NCBI GenBank assembly: GCA_963729045.1
Contig: CAVSMN010000009.1
Span: 160,001-224,000 of the forward strand
DNA: 64,000 nt
Reading direction: 5' to 3'
DNA from: an uncultured Nitrososphaeraceae archaeon
Lineage (GTDB): Archaea > Thermoproteota > Nitrososphaeria > Nitrososphaerales > Nitrososphaeraceae
Numbering within the stretch: the first letter of the stretch is position 1; every line of letters begins with the position of its first letter. The notes below the pieces were generated by a model, which was not told the DNA's origin, ran no database searches, and was given only the letters and a program-made list of their open reading frames with translations. Made by a program: the position numbers and the translations under genes. Shown in pieces: positions 53,230 through 63,475 of the stretch.

Positions 53230-54711
53230 TCATATCGATCTAATCCTTGACTTCATCTTTATACCATTTTTTGGATTAAGTGTGATTCCGGGATCCATTC
53301 TAATTTTTTGATTTGGGATAAGCTCTAATTTCCAATAACTTGAAACGGTAGCAATTAATAGTATGCCCTCTTGCCATGCGAAAGATTCCCCTATACAACC
53401 ACGTATTCCTCCTCCAAATGGGAAATAACTAAACCTTGGTAAATGTCTTTTAAACTCATCAGTCCATCTGTCAGGATTGAATTCGCTCGGATTATCATAA
53501 TATCGACTATCATGGTGCATAACATATTGACTCATTAGGATTGAAGATCCCTTTGGAATCGTATATTTATCAATCAAATAATCCTCTTCAACCAATCTAC
53601 CAATGCTCCAAACAGGTGGATAAATGCGCATTGATTCTCTAAATATTTTTTCAATATACTTGAATTTAGGAAGATCTTTGATTGTTGGATTTCTATAAGT
53701 CTTTTTCTTTCCATCTATATTTTTTAAAAGTACGGTATCTATTTCTTCAAACATTTTTTGTTCTACCTCCGGATGTTGGGATATGAGATAATAAGTCCAT
53801 GTAACTGCATTTGATGTGGTTTCGTGTCCTGCTATGAGCATGGTTATAACATTGTCTCTAATTTGGTGATCAGTCATGGGGTTAAAGTCCGATACGGTGC
53901 TTGTTTGATGCTCGTCAAATTCATTATTTTGTTCCACTTTTGAATTAATGGTTGATAGTAATTGTGCTTGTATTAGCCTTGATAACAAGTCATCCTGCTT
54001 CTCTACTTGTTTACTTGATCCTTCACCTTCATCGATAACGGTAGTCTTCTTTCTATCTTCAATTAATTGATAAACTATGGAATCAAGTGTTTTTATCGAT
54101 TCCCTGCTTTTATGTACTTCTGGTAGAATTTCAAAATGATCCAAAATGTGTCCTATTGGATGTTGAAGGCGTTTAAAGTATTTCTTTGAAACTTCTAATG
54201 CAGACGAAAATTTAGATGCCTCGTCGGAATCAATTTCATAATTCATAATAGATTTACAAATTATTCTTAGAGTAACATTCATCATTTCTTTATGAATATC
54301 CATGATGCAGCCATCTTCCCATTCTTTGCACATCAAGGATGTCTTGTCTACAACGATTTGACCATAAGAAGCAATTCTCTTTGGTAGAAACAACGGGTGA
54401 ATTATTTTTCTTTGACTATCATGTTTCTCACCCTCACTTGTTACTAAGCCTTCGCCCAACAATCTTTTGGCTGTTTGCAGCCTTTTACCTTTTCTAAAAT
54501 TTTTATGATTATAGATCAAAATTTTTTCAATGTAATCTGGATTATTTATTAAATATACATGACCATTACCAATTTTAAAGTGAGTGATCTCTCCATAACT
54601 TTGTGCAAAATTACTTAAGGTTTTGATTGGATCTTTTGACAATTGACGTAGTAATCTTAGAGAAAATTTTGATGATGGTCCTGGAGGAAATTCTAGTATT
54701 GTCTTTGACAT
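53230..54711 (-). CDS. cytochrome P450
   Basis: PPGP, I-helix AGHETT, K-helix ESMR, FNPDRW, heme motif FGGGIRGCIG. Confidence 0.97.
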   Translation of the reverse strand: MSKTILEFPPGPSSKFSLRLLRQLSKDPIKTLSNFAQSYGEITHFKIGNGHVYLINNPDYIEKILIYNHKNFRKGKRLQTAKRLLGEGLVTSEGEKHDSQRKIIHPLFLPKRIASYGQIVVDKTSLMCKEWEDGCIMDIHKEMMNVTLRIICKSIMNYEIDSDEASKFSSALEVSKKYFKRLQHPIGHILDHFEILPEVHKSRESIKTLDSIVYQLIEDRKKTTVIDEGEGSSKQVEKQDDLLSRLIQAQLLSTINSKVEQNNEFDEHQTSTVSDFNPMTDHQIRDNVITMLIAGHETTSNAVTWTYYLISQHPEVEQKMFEEIDTVLLKNIDGKKKTYRNPTIKDLPKFKYIEKIFRESMRIYPPVWSIGRLVEEDYLIDKYTIPKGSSILMSQYVMHHDSRYYDNPSEFNPDRWTDEFKRHLPRFSYFPFGGGIRGCIGESFAWQEGILLIATVSSYWKLELIPNQKIRMDPGITLNPKNGIKMKSRIRSI

Positions 54712-54910
54712 TTTAGATCAAAACAGGGACAACTTACTTATATAAGTTGGTTAGCTTTTCTATCCATATGATAATAAATATTTTATGAAAAATTATCTTA
54801 TCTGAAATGTTATCGTAGTTATCGTATCGTAGAACTCTAGCTTACATTGGTTAGAAAAATAGATTATTAATAATTATACGTCTAGTATTATATTTTAGAA
54901 ACAATAAGGG

Positions 54911-55774
54911 TTAGCATTGCCTGAGATCAATTGAAGCAATCGATTCAAGCAAAATTCTAGAAGCTAGAATTGAAGTTGCGTTATTGATGTCAAAATCCGG
55001 TAAGAGTTCTACTATATCAAGACCGAGAATACCTGAACCAACTGCCACCTTAATAAGAGTTATCAAATCAATACTTGATAGGCCCCCTGCTGAGGGGACT
55101 GAAACTCCCGGAGCAAAGGCTGGGTCCAAACAATCAAGATCAATGGAAATATACTTGTTACCTTTGTTACTTTTTGCTTTCACTTTATCCATAATTTTCG
55201 CAATTCCGAATTCATTTATATCTAGAGGTGTAACAATGTCTAATCCTGCTTTAAAAGCATTATCTAATTCTTCTGGCTCGGCCGAACGCGTTCCTATCAA
55301 AATACTTTCATTAAAATCTATCCATCTTGAAGCATCATGCAATACGGAACCATAATAGTCATCTGTCGTTGAAACAAAATCGGGATGAGCATCAAAATAT
55401 ACTAGTCCTGTCTTACCAATATAGTCCCCTATTGCATGCAATATAACAGTAGTGATCGAGTGATCTCCTCCTATGACGATGGGAATTTTTTTTGAGGAAA
55501 CTAGTTCAAATATTAGTCGGTACAAGTCTTCTCTCCTAATATTACCATAATCAAAAATACATTTTCCATCTATTATTCCACGCATTGGGCATATTGGAAT
55601 AGTTTTTCCTCCTCTCTCAAAAAAGTTAGACTCGTTAGATGATCTTCGAAGAATGTCTGGACCCTTTATTGTACCCTTTCTCTTCGCGTGGGATTTAGAT
55701 TCATCAGGTACACCAATTATAACAATATCAGCTTTTGAGACCTCATTTACATTTGAATAATTAAGAGTAATCAT
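54911..55774 (-). CDS. ureohydrolase (agmatinase/arginase family)
   Basis: GGDHS, DAHPD, SIDLDCLDPAFAPG, DIVE. Confidence 0.93.
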   Translation of the reverse strand: MITLNYSNVNEVSKADIVIIGVPDESKSHAKRKGTIKGPDILRRSSNESNFFERGGKTIPICPMRGIIDGKCIFDYGNIRREDLYRLIFELVSSKKIPIVIGGDHSITTVILHAIGDYIGKTGLVYFDAHPDFVSTTDDYYGSVLHDASRWIDFNESILIGTRSAEPEELDNAFKAGLDIVTPLDINEFGIAKIMDKVKAKSNKGNKYISIDLDCLDPAFAPGVSVPSAGGLSSIDLITLIKVAVGSGILGLDIVELLPDFDINNATSILASRILLESIASIDLRQC

Positions 55775-55879
55775 GTATCAATATTTCATTAGTTTTCATA
55801 ATAATCTTGCTCCAGCTTAATTCATCCGACAATGGATCTTAATATGGAAGTAGATGTACGGCAAGCGTCACTATGAATT

Positions 55880-56524
55880 TCAATTTCTATTTTTTCTCAA
55901 CGATCTTATTTTTACAAAAAATCTTTCGAGAAAAACAGCCCATTTAATCTTTAGGAAGAATACGAATAAAATACCAAATACGATTATTGATATTATTACT
56001 GTAACAATTAACGTATTAATATCTAACGACATTTCAGAAAAATTTCCTATTATTGGTTTGCCAATAATTATTGTTCCCCACACTACTATTACATTCAATA
56101 ACATTTTGGAAGAAAATGTGATCAAGATGAATTTTAAAGGATTATATCTGTACATTCCAAATGGAATAAAAATAATATTGTCCGGAATAGGTGTAATACC
56201 TGCCAGAAATATCGTTAAACCTCCATATTTTCTTAGGATCCTATAAGTTTCTGGATAATCTTCTGAATTAAAGTTTCTTTTTAAATTACCAATGTTTGTT
56301 CCATAATAGCTAATCATATATACAATTGATTTAGCACTTACGGCTCCAAGTGCACCAAATAGAACTATTAAATTTGGATCTAAATCAGTGACTAAAACTG
56401 CTGTCATTAGAATGGGAAAATAAGGAATTGGAACAATAATTAGCACCGCAGAAATAAATGTCAAAAGAAATATCGCTAAGTAATCCATTCCCTCAATGAA
56501 GTGTATAAAGTCAAATATCTCCAT
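55880..56524 (-). CDS. DedA/VTT family membrane protein
   Basis: IVPIPY, ALGA..AKSIVY, AGITPIPD, GMYRY. Confidence 0.85.
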   Translation of the reverse strand: MEIFDFIHFIEGMDYLAIFLLTFISAVLIIVPIPYFPILMTAVLVTDLDPNLIVLFGALGAVSAKSIVYMISYYGTNIGNLKRNFNSEDYPETYRILRKYGGLTIFLAGITPIPDNIIFIPFGMYRYNPLKFILITFSSKMLLNVIVVWGTIIIGKPIIGNFSEMSLDINTLIVTVIISIIVFGILFVFFLKIKWAVFLERFFVKIRSLRKNRN

Positions 56525-57102
56525 GGTAATAAGTACAATACTTATACTTGATTAATTACTGTTTTTTTTAACCAAGATGGGGTCTTTGTGTAATCATTGC
56601 CCAAAAAGACATCCGAACTTGTTAACCTCAAATCTTTTTGATATATTTGAAATTATTTAATCAATAAATAATGATTTACTATAATCTATTCCAATTTTGT
56701 CTATTCATTTTATTAAATTCAACCTTCTGGAATATTTTTAGTGAATCTATAGTCAAATATTAATATGTTACCTCCGTAAACTTTAGATTTTTGCAGGATT
56801 ACCTGTGTTTGCCTACGCGGATAAACCTAGATAGGCGCGATTTCGATTGTCAGATTTGTTAATTTTGGAAATAATTAAAACTCGGGGGATCATAATTACA
56901 TTACTCGTCTGAATAAGTAATTGGAATTGTAAGAATCATCCTCTCATAGGTTTAGATATAATCAAAAATCTTGAATTTAGCCATTATAGTCAATATTCTA
57001 GTGACAAAATATTAGATTTTGAGATCGTTACTATGTTTTTATTGTATTTCAATTCAAATTAGAGCCAATAAATTTATTTAATACCCTATAATAGATTGAT
57101 TA

Positions 57103-57385
57103 TTGGATAATAAACAGAAAAGCAACAAAAGCAACAAAAGCAACAAAAGCAACAAAAGCAACAAAAGCAACAAAAGCAACAAAAGCAACAAAAGCAACAC
57201 CTGTAAAAAGTGGAACAAAAGCAACAAAAGCAACAAAAGCAACACCTGTAAAAAGTGGAACAAAAGCAACAAAAGCAACAAAAGCAACACCTGTAAAAAG
57301 TGGAACAAACGATATACCCGTGGTCAAAAAGACTGTAACCAAAACCAAATCAAAGCCATCTACAAAGAAAGAGAAATCTCTGTAA
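57103..57385 (+). CDS. Lys/Ala/Thr-rich basic protein, histone H1-tail-like (needs a 1-bp correction near 57118)
   Basis: Frame 57104..57385 reads (KAT)9 PVKSGT (KAT)3 PVKSGT (KAT)3 PVKSGT NDIPVVKKTVTKTKSKPSTKKEKSL*; TTG at 57103; TATA-like TTTATTTA at 57073. Confidence 0.65.
57118..57306. repeat. 9-bp tandem repeat (AAAAGCAAC x15) organised into a 45-bp higher-order repeat
   Basis: 9 units at 57118-57198, then ACCTGTAAAAAGTGGAAC x3 separated by 3 units each. Confidence 0.95.
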
Positions 57386-58007
57386 GTTAGTTTTTTCACA
57401 ATTTTTTCATATTTTATTAAATCTGGTTCTCTATTTTATTTGCTCTAGCATTTGAATGACAAAACCTCAATTCATTGAATCGTGATACAACAGAATGTTC
57501 AAAATAACTAGAATTAGGATCGTCTACAATCGTGAGTTCACCGATAGCAAGAACCATGTCCTTACAAGTGTAGTAATAAAAAAAACTCTTAGTTAAGATG
57601 ATTAACATGTCTAGATAAGAACCTTTAGTAAGAAGAATCAAAGTTGACCAAGGTTGTTGAACAATATTCGTTCTTTTGTTATATATTATTAGATAACATT
57701 ACCTAAAATGGATTACATTGTACAGATAATTCTGTAAAGTCACAAAAATTAGGGTCATTCTTTAATTTTATCTTCGGTATATCATACTATAAAGGCTTAC
57801 CTCGGAATAGATTATACTTTGTCTATGCGAATGTGATTACAATAAACAAATAATATGATGTTTGTATAATGTTTGAATTTTAAACATGGCGTTAAGATTA
57901 GTCATAGAATAATCTTGGGAACTGTTGCTTTCTACTTGGGCCATCATAAAATGACTATTAATCAAGTTGTAGTTTACATAGATAAAGGGGACTCAAGTTA
58001 AGTAGAT

Positions 58008-58310
58008 ATGGGAATTAATATAGTATATACTTCTGAGGACAATAAATTTAAGCCATTCAATCTATACTTTGAGCCATATATTTCTGAAAGCAACGCCGCT
58101 AATCATTCTACTCTGAAGCTAGTTAACAAGGATTTGGCATTAGAAATTTACTTGGAAAATAATGATAATGAACTTATCATAAATCAAAAAATACAGCGCG
58201 ATCTTATGCTGTCATATGAAAAAATTGTGATCGAATATGATGATAGTAAACAAATATTCCGAACTTTGAAAAAAGTTAAAGCAAATTTAGAGAACTTAGT
58301 TAACCAATGA
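58008..58310 (+). CDS. hypothetical protein
   Basis: 100-aa ORF with ATG start. Confidence 0.55.
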   Translation: MGINIVYTSEDNKFKPFNLYFEPYISESNAANHSTLKLVNKDLALEIYLENNDNELIINQKIQRDLMLSYEKIVIEYDDSKQIFRTLKKVKANLENLVNQ

Positions 58311-59106
58311 TTAGAATATTACAAATATTGCTATTGAAAATAGAGGCGTACGGTCAAACATGTATACAACCGGTAAATTAAATTAATATATTGATAATTA
58401 AAAACAAGGGCGATTTTTATTTTCAACAATGACTTTGAATACAAATACTTTTTTCAAGTGTACATAACATGAAATTTGCACTTGGACTTATTGATATCAA
58501 ATGTCTCCTTTATTTAATTCCCATTATACTTTGATATTTGTTAGATATTTGTTAGTGGTACTTGATGCCTACTGAGTCAACGTTTCTTTCTTTTCTCAAG
58601 ATGCCTATTTTTCTTTAATCACTATTAAATTGTCTTAACCAGGATTGCTGAAACATGTTAAAGAATAGAGACATAATATTAGTTGACAATATAGTACAAT
58701 ATTACACTGCGTAATATATATAAATCTAGTAGATAATTAAATGTAATGAATAAAAAAAAGCAAATGATAAAACTGAAAATTATTAGTCGATCTCCATACC
58801 TAATGGGCATAAGAAAAAGGATAAAGATACATAGTGAAAAATAAAGAAATATATAATAAATGAAGTATATTATAAATAAAGTAACTAATATCATATTGGC
58901 ATTATCCCATGATATATTCTTCTATTTATCACCATATTATGAACTCTATCTTGGAACTCTTAACCTTGAAGCACTAAAACTATATAATAGTATCATAAAT
59001 ATGTTCGATCAATAGGTACAACTGACTGTTCTAAATATTACTACGAAATATTGTAAATAATCTTTTTAATACTAATTTTATATAATATGATTACTATTAT
59101 ATTCAT

Positions 59107-59422
59107 ATGACTCTCATTGAAAAAAATAGTGATTTTGTAACTCTAATAAATTTATTCACAGTCGACCAATCAAAACAAAAAATACTTATAGATATGTTGA
59201 TAGAAGCTACCGAACAAATTATGAAAAAGCAGGAGGGCTTCATATCAGCTAATATACAACGTAGCCTGGATGGAACTGCCGTAGTAAATTATGCACAGTG
59301 GAAAAGTAAGGATGCATTTGAAAAAAATGCTCAATAACCCCAAAGCACAAATTCACATGAATGATATCTTAAATATAGCAGGATCAGATGGAAGGCTGTA
59401 CGAAGCAGTTTTTACCGAGTGA
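59107..59422 (+). CDS. antibiotic biosynthesis monooxygenase (ABM) family protein, frameshifted in an A7 run
   Basis: VTLINLFTV, QEGFISANIQRSLDG..VVNYAQW; removing one A at 59321-59327 gives EKMLNNPKAQIHM...LYEAVFTE*. Confidence 0.85.
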
Positions 59423-59731
59423 AAATCTTCCAGTTAACTATTTTTTGTCCATTTAGCGACTTGATCCATTGACGAAATCCAACTAGACTATATGTTGAAT
59501 CATGTGGCATAGAAAGTAGCCACTTGCTACCATTTCATTATACATACGGATACTTATTTTTTGGAAACAATAAATACATACAAGAAAATGGTGTCATTAG
59601 GTAAAGATTGTAGGATGACGAAAGTGGCAATTTTCTTAAAAATAAAATTTTTTTTAATAGTTAAATTATGCATTATACAGTTACGAAGGTACAAATTAAA
59701 TAAAGTTTGATACTTGGATCATTATTTTATC

Positions 59732-60217
59732 TTAAATTTGAAGACATGCGACTAAAAGTAGCATTATCTGTTCTCTTTGTTTTCTATCATCTAATTTCTC
59801 GTCAATCTGTTTTTGAAGTTCTTTATATTTTTTATATTTTTTATCCCATTTCAAAAGCACAAACCATTGTCTGATTCCTATACCTAACCACACAAGAACA
59901 ATTATTATAGGTACTAGGGGCAAAAATCTAAAAGAAGGGCTTGGTTTGGTATCCCATGACTTTTCATCACTAGTTTCATTCCTGCTATCAAAGGGAAATG
60001 GCTAACCCAAAAGTGAAAAGCTCAACATACATGCTATAGGAGGAATAATAATAATAGTTAGTAACATTATAATGAAAAGTTTCTTGGTTTTATTTAGTTG
60101 ATCAATTATCCCATCCATTATGTAAAAAATACTAGAATCTGATCTTGTATTGTTGTTATCAGAATTATTTTTGTTGTCATTGTTATCTTCGTTATCATTA
60201 TTGTTTGATTTTTTCAT
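59732..60217 (-). pseudogene. two-TM membrane protein with an in-frame TAG at 60002-60004
   Basis: 60002..60217 and 59732..59923 are in the same frame, with an open 26-codon linker after the TAG. Confidence 0.7.
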
Positions 60218-60518
60218 TAGTCTCGCCTCTCCTTTTCATTATTTCTTGGAAATAGTTCTTCATAAGGTGCCAGAATTTCATTCAAAATTAATCTTCCTCT
60301 TTCTGAGACTTTGTAGTTGATTATAACTTTGCTACCTAATTTTCTTCCATTCTATTGATCAATTCTTTTCTGACCATATCATCCAAGATTTCTTTATGTT
60401 TAACATTATTCAAACCACAGTAACTCATAAGCTTACTCTGATTAATTTCACCATATTCACAAAGTTTCAAGAGAATATCCTTCCTGATAAATATTCGATC
60501 ACGGTATTCATGAACCAC
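60217..60518 (-). CDS. winged-helix regulator, frameshifted in an A-run near 60340
   Basis: YRDRIFIRKDIL...NQSKLMSYCGLN, then SKVIINYKVSERGRLIL; stop overlaps the next start (TAATG). Confidence 0.8.
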
Positions 60519-60874
60519 AATGAATCAATCAGACTAAATTATACATTGATTAATATTAAAATTTTTGATATAGATAAGTACATTGGCTAGTCTTCATGTA
60601 ATGGTAGAAAATAATTTATGACCTAAGATTTTATCCACTTTGCCGATACTCACACTCCTATCTATGAGGGGGAAGAATTATGGGATGGATTTGTTATATT
60701 GTAAGGATCAAATATAGAGATGTTTTGTAGCAAGATGTCTAAAAATAAAAAATAAAAAATATCAAGCAGGTTATGAAGAGTTTACTAAAACTTTTAACAC
60801 CTGGATCAGGCTATTAATGGGGAGTTCTCTCGCATTAATGCTTATTAGTATCGAAAAAGGATATAGTAGAATAA

Positions 60875-61291
60875 ATGACAACAAAAATTTTCGTGAACCT
60901 GCCTGTGAAGGATCTAAACAGAGCGGTAGAGTTCTTTACTAAACTTGGTTTTAAGTTTAATCCTCAATTTACGGATAAGAATGCAACATGTATGATAATC
61001 AGCGAGGATATTTTTGTCATGCTACTAGTTGAAGAGTTTTTTAAAACCTTTACTAAAAAAGAAATTTGCAATACTTCAAAAAATATAGAGGCTATAATAG
61101 CACTATCGGCTGAGAGTAGAGAAAACGTTGATGAAATGATTAATAAAGCAATAGAGGCTGGAGGGACTGAACCGAGAAAACCACAAGACCATGGATGGAT
61201 GTATGATCGTGCTTTTGAAGATATTGATGGACATCTGTGGGAGATAATATACATGAATGAAAGCGGGTTAAAATCAAATGACACAGCATGA
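60875..61291 (+). CDS. VOC/glyoxalase-like protein
   Basis: IFVNLPVKDL..AVEFFTKLGF, DHGWMYDRAFEDIDGHLWE. Confidence 0.92.
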   Translation: MTTKIFVNLPVKDLNRAVEFFTKLGFKFNPQFTDKNATCMIISEDIFVMLLVEEFFKTFTKKEICNTSKNIEAIIALSAESRENVDEMINKAIEAGGTEPRKPQDHGWMYDRAFEDIDGHLWEIIYMNESGLKSNDTA

Positions 61292-61603
61292 TAATACAAT
61301 AAAAGATAGACTTGATCTTGTTGCTTATATCAAGTGACATCTAACAAAAAACTAAAAAAATTTAAAATGAACTATAGTGGAGATGTATAGGAATTCAAGT
61401 AGTTGATTTTCTAATCTAATATATTTTACTGAGTCAGATCTCATTACTCCATATATTGTGCATGATTTTACAAATGGCTTGTTTAATAAGGTGGATAAGA
61501 CTCGAATTATTCCTGCATATCAAAAGTTATGAATCATCTTCATAAAAAAATTAATACCGTTTAGATTAAATAAAATGGAATGTTTTCTTGCATGATGCTA
61601 TAG

Positions 61604-62170
61604 ATGACTTCTAAGGTAATAAATGAAATTAAGATTAAAGGTGGTAGGGTGCTGACACTAGTTGAGGGGGATATTACTGAAAGAATTGTCGATGTAATAG
61701 TCAATCCCGCAAATTCTTACTTACAACATGGTGGTGGAATTGCTAGTACTATAGTAAGGAAAGGAGGGAGTATTATACAGGAGGAAAGTGATAAGATAGG
61801 TTTTGTTCAAGTAGGATCATCCACAATAACTTCTAGCGGAATTTTGCCATGTAAAGCTATCATACATACTGTAGGTCCAAGAATGGGTGAGGGGAATGAG
61901 GATGAAAAATTGAACAAAGCCATCAATAGCTGTCTTGAACTTGGCTTGCGAAAAGGATTTGAAAGCATCTCAATCCCTGCAATCAGTTCAGGTATATTTG
62001 GTTTTCCAAAGGATAGATGTGCCAAAATATTAGTAAATGAAACGATATCTTTTCTGGAAAACCTGGAAGACTCACCCACAGGTATTAAGTTAGTAGAATT
62101 CTGCATACTTGGGAAAGACACCTTACAAGCTTTTCAATATGAATTCGAAAAATCAAAACCAGAATCCTAA
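61604..62170 (+). CDS. macrodomain protein (ADP-ribose binding/hydrolase)
   Basis: GDIT, IVNPANSYLQHGGGIA, IIHTVGP, IPAISSGIFGFP. Confidence 0.94.
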   Translation: MTSKVINEIKIKGGRVLTLVEGDITERIVDVIVNPANSYLQHGGGIASTIVRKGGSIIQEESDKIGFVQVGSSTITSSGILPCKAIIHTVGPRMGEGNEDEKLNKAINSCLELGLRKGFESISIPAISSGIFGFPKDRCAKILVNETISFLENLEDSPTGIKLVEFCILGKDTLQAFQYEFEKSKPES

Positions 62171-62368
62171 AATCAGTACAATTGTTCTTCAATTATATAT
62201 TTATTTGACTTTAGCTAAGAAAGGAATAAGAATTAATATTTATGAATTTTTCCTGTTGTTGATTAAAAAAAACAAACTGTTATCATTATTATCTTTTCTG
62301 AAGAGCAACAGCAGGAGGATGACATGATTTAGTGCTAATTTTTATATACTCACTCACTTTGTTTATCG

Positions 62369-63163
62369 ATGATTATCATATTAATAACAAACTTACAACT
62401 AATGGTTATATTTTTTTTCTTGTTTGTTTATTTCCGTTTCAATTATAATTGTTAATTCAGAACCCATTCAGATTTTTGCTCAAACAGTTTCTATTGAAAA
62501 TGATAATAAAACAGGACAAGAATATGTTAACAACACCCTATTTATTTCAGGAACTGCAACTGAAAAGCAAAATCAGACTTGGTAACAATTTCAATTGGAG
62601 TAGAAACCACTAACAGAACCGCGACTGATGCGGTAGCTGCAAATTCATTAAAAATGAATAATATTGTTTCTGCTTTAAAGAATAATGGTGTAAGTGAGGA
62701 CGAAATTAGCACCTCTCAATTTAGTATTAACCCTAACTACAATTTTTCTCAATCAGGTAATATCCTAGAACTACCGGATTTACTGTAACCAACGCACTAA
62801 AAATTCAAAGCATGAACCTGAGTAACATTTCTTTATGGATTGATTCCGCGGTAAATGCCGGAGCAAATACTATTGGTGGTATTGATTTTCAAGTGTCTGA
62901 AAAACGACTGGATAATTTAAGAAATATGCTAATTGAAGATGCGATTGCCAATGCCAGACAAAGCTAATATCGCATCTTCCGCAGTTGGATAAATATTATT
63001 GGGATTAAATCTATGATAATTGATACCGACGGATTTAATCCGCCACAACCATTTGCGAATGAATTTGTGCAAAGATCTGTTCTCAGGGGCTCCTACAACT
63101 CCAATAATACCTGGAGAACAAGAAATTTCAGTGTCTGCACATATTGCCTATTTGTTGAGATGA
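62369..63163 (+). pseudogene. SIMPL (DUF541) domain protein with multiple frameshifts
   Basis: Fragments TLFISGTATEK, DLVTISIGVETT, ISTSQFSINPNY, IDSAVNAGANTIGGIDF, PGEQEISVSAHIAY in shifting frames. Confidence 0.8.
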
Positions 63164-63475
63164 CCACCAAAATTTCAATAAAGTCCCGTTTGGGTCAATA
63201 CATTTAAAGAAGCAACCTTGTGAATTGATGATATGATATTTAAAGCTATTGAACTTCTGCCAACAGGACGAAGTAATAATAAAATTAACGGTTGCAATAG
63301 TAACTTATTGGTCAGAAATAATGATCTTCTCGATCATTTAAAGGCTTCAGACCACTTTTATGAGCGGAGTACTCTAAAGCGGATAACGAATCTACTGATG
63401 CTTATTCTTCATATACCAAATAATCATTCTAGTATATTTTAATATTAGATAAACTAGACTTGATAGGTGTTGTAT

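Noticed and set aside
56780..56850. GC-richer patch with a GCCTA...TAGGC stem as an ncRNA
   Set aside because: Stem is short and matches no RNA family I can recognise
56951..56978. TTTAGATATAA as an archaeal dif site
   Set aside because: Only one arm matches; no inverted second arm after a 6-bp spacer
57078..57399. Poly-Leu, (VAF)n and (KSN)n ORFs over the 9-bp repeat
   Set aside because: Alternative frames of a stop-free repeat; the KAT frame has the compositionally coherent unique tail
58679..58894. Hydrophobic 71-aa ORF
   Set aside because: F/I/L/Y bias is expected from very AT-rich DNA; no other support
60811..60842. Hairpin upstream of the VOC gene as a fluoride riboswitch
   Set aside because: Lacks the conserved GGCGATGG..TTCGCC and TAATGAC elements, and no fluoride exporter follows
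9211..61340. Numerous 60-140-aa ORFs antisense to or nested in well-supported genes (e.g. 16049..16465, 41644..42069, 45185..45574, 54984..55355)
   Set aside because: Shadow ORFs of real coding strands, without motifs
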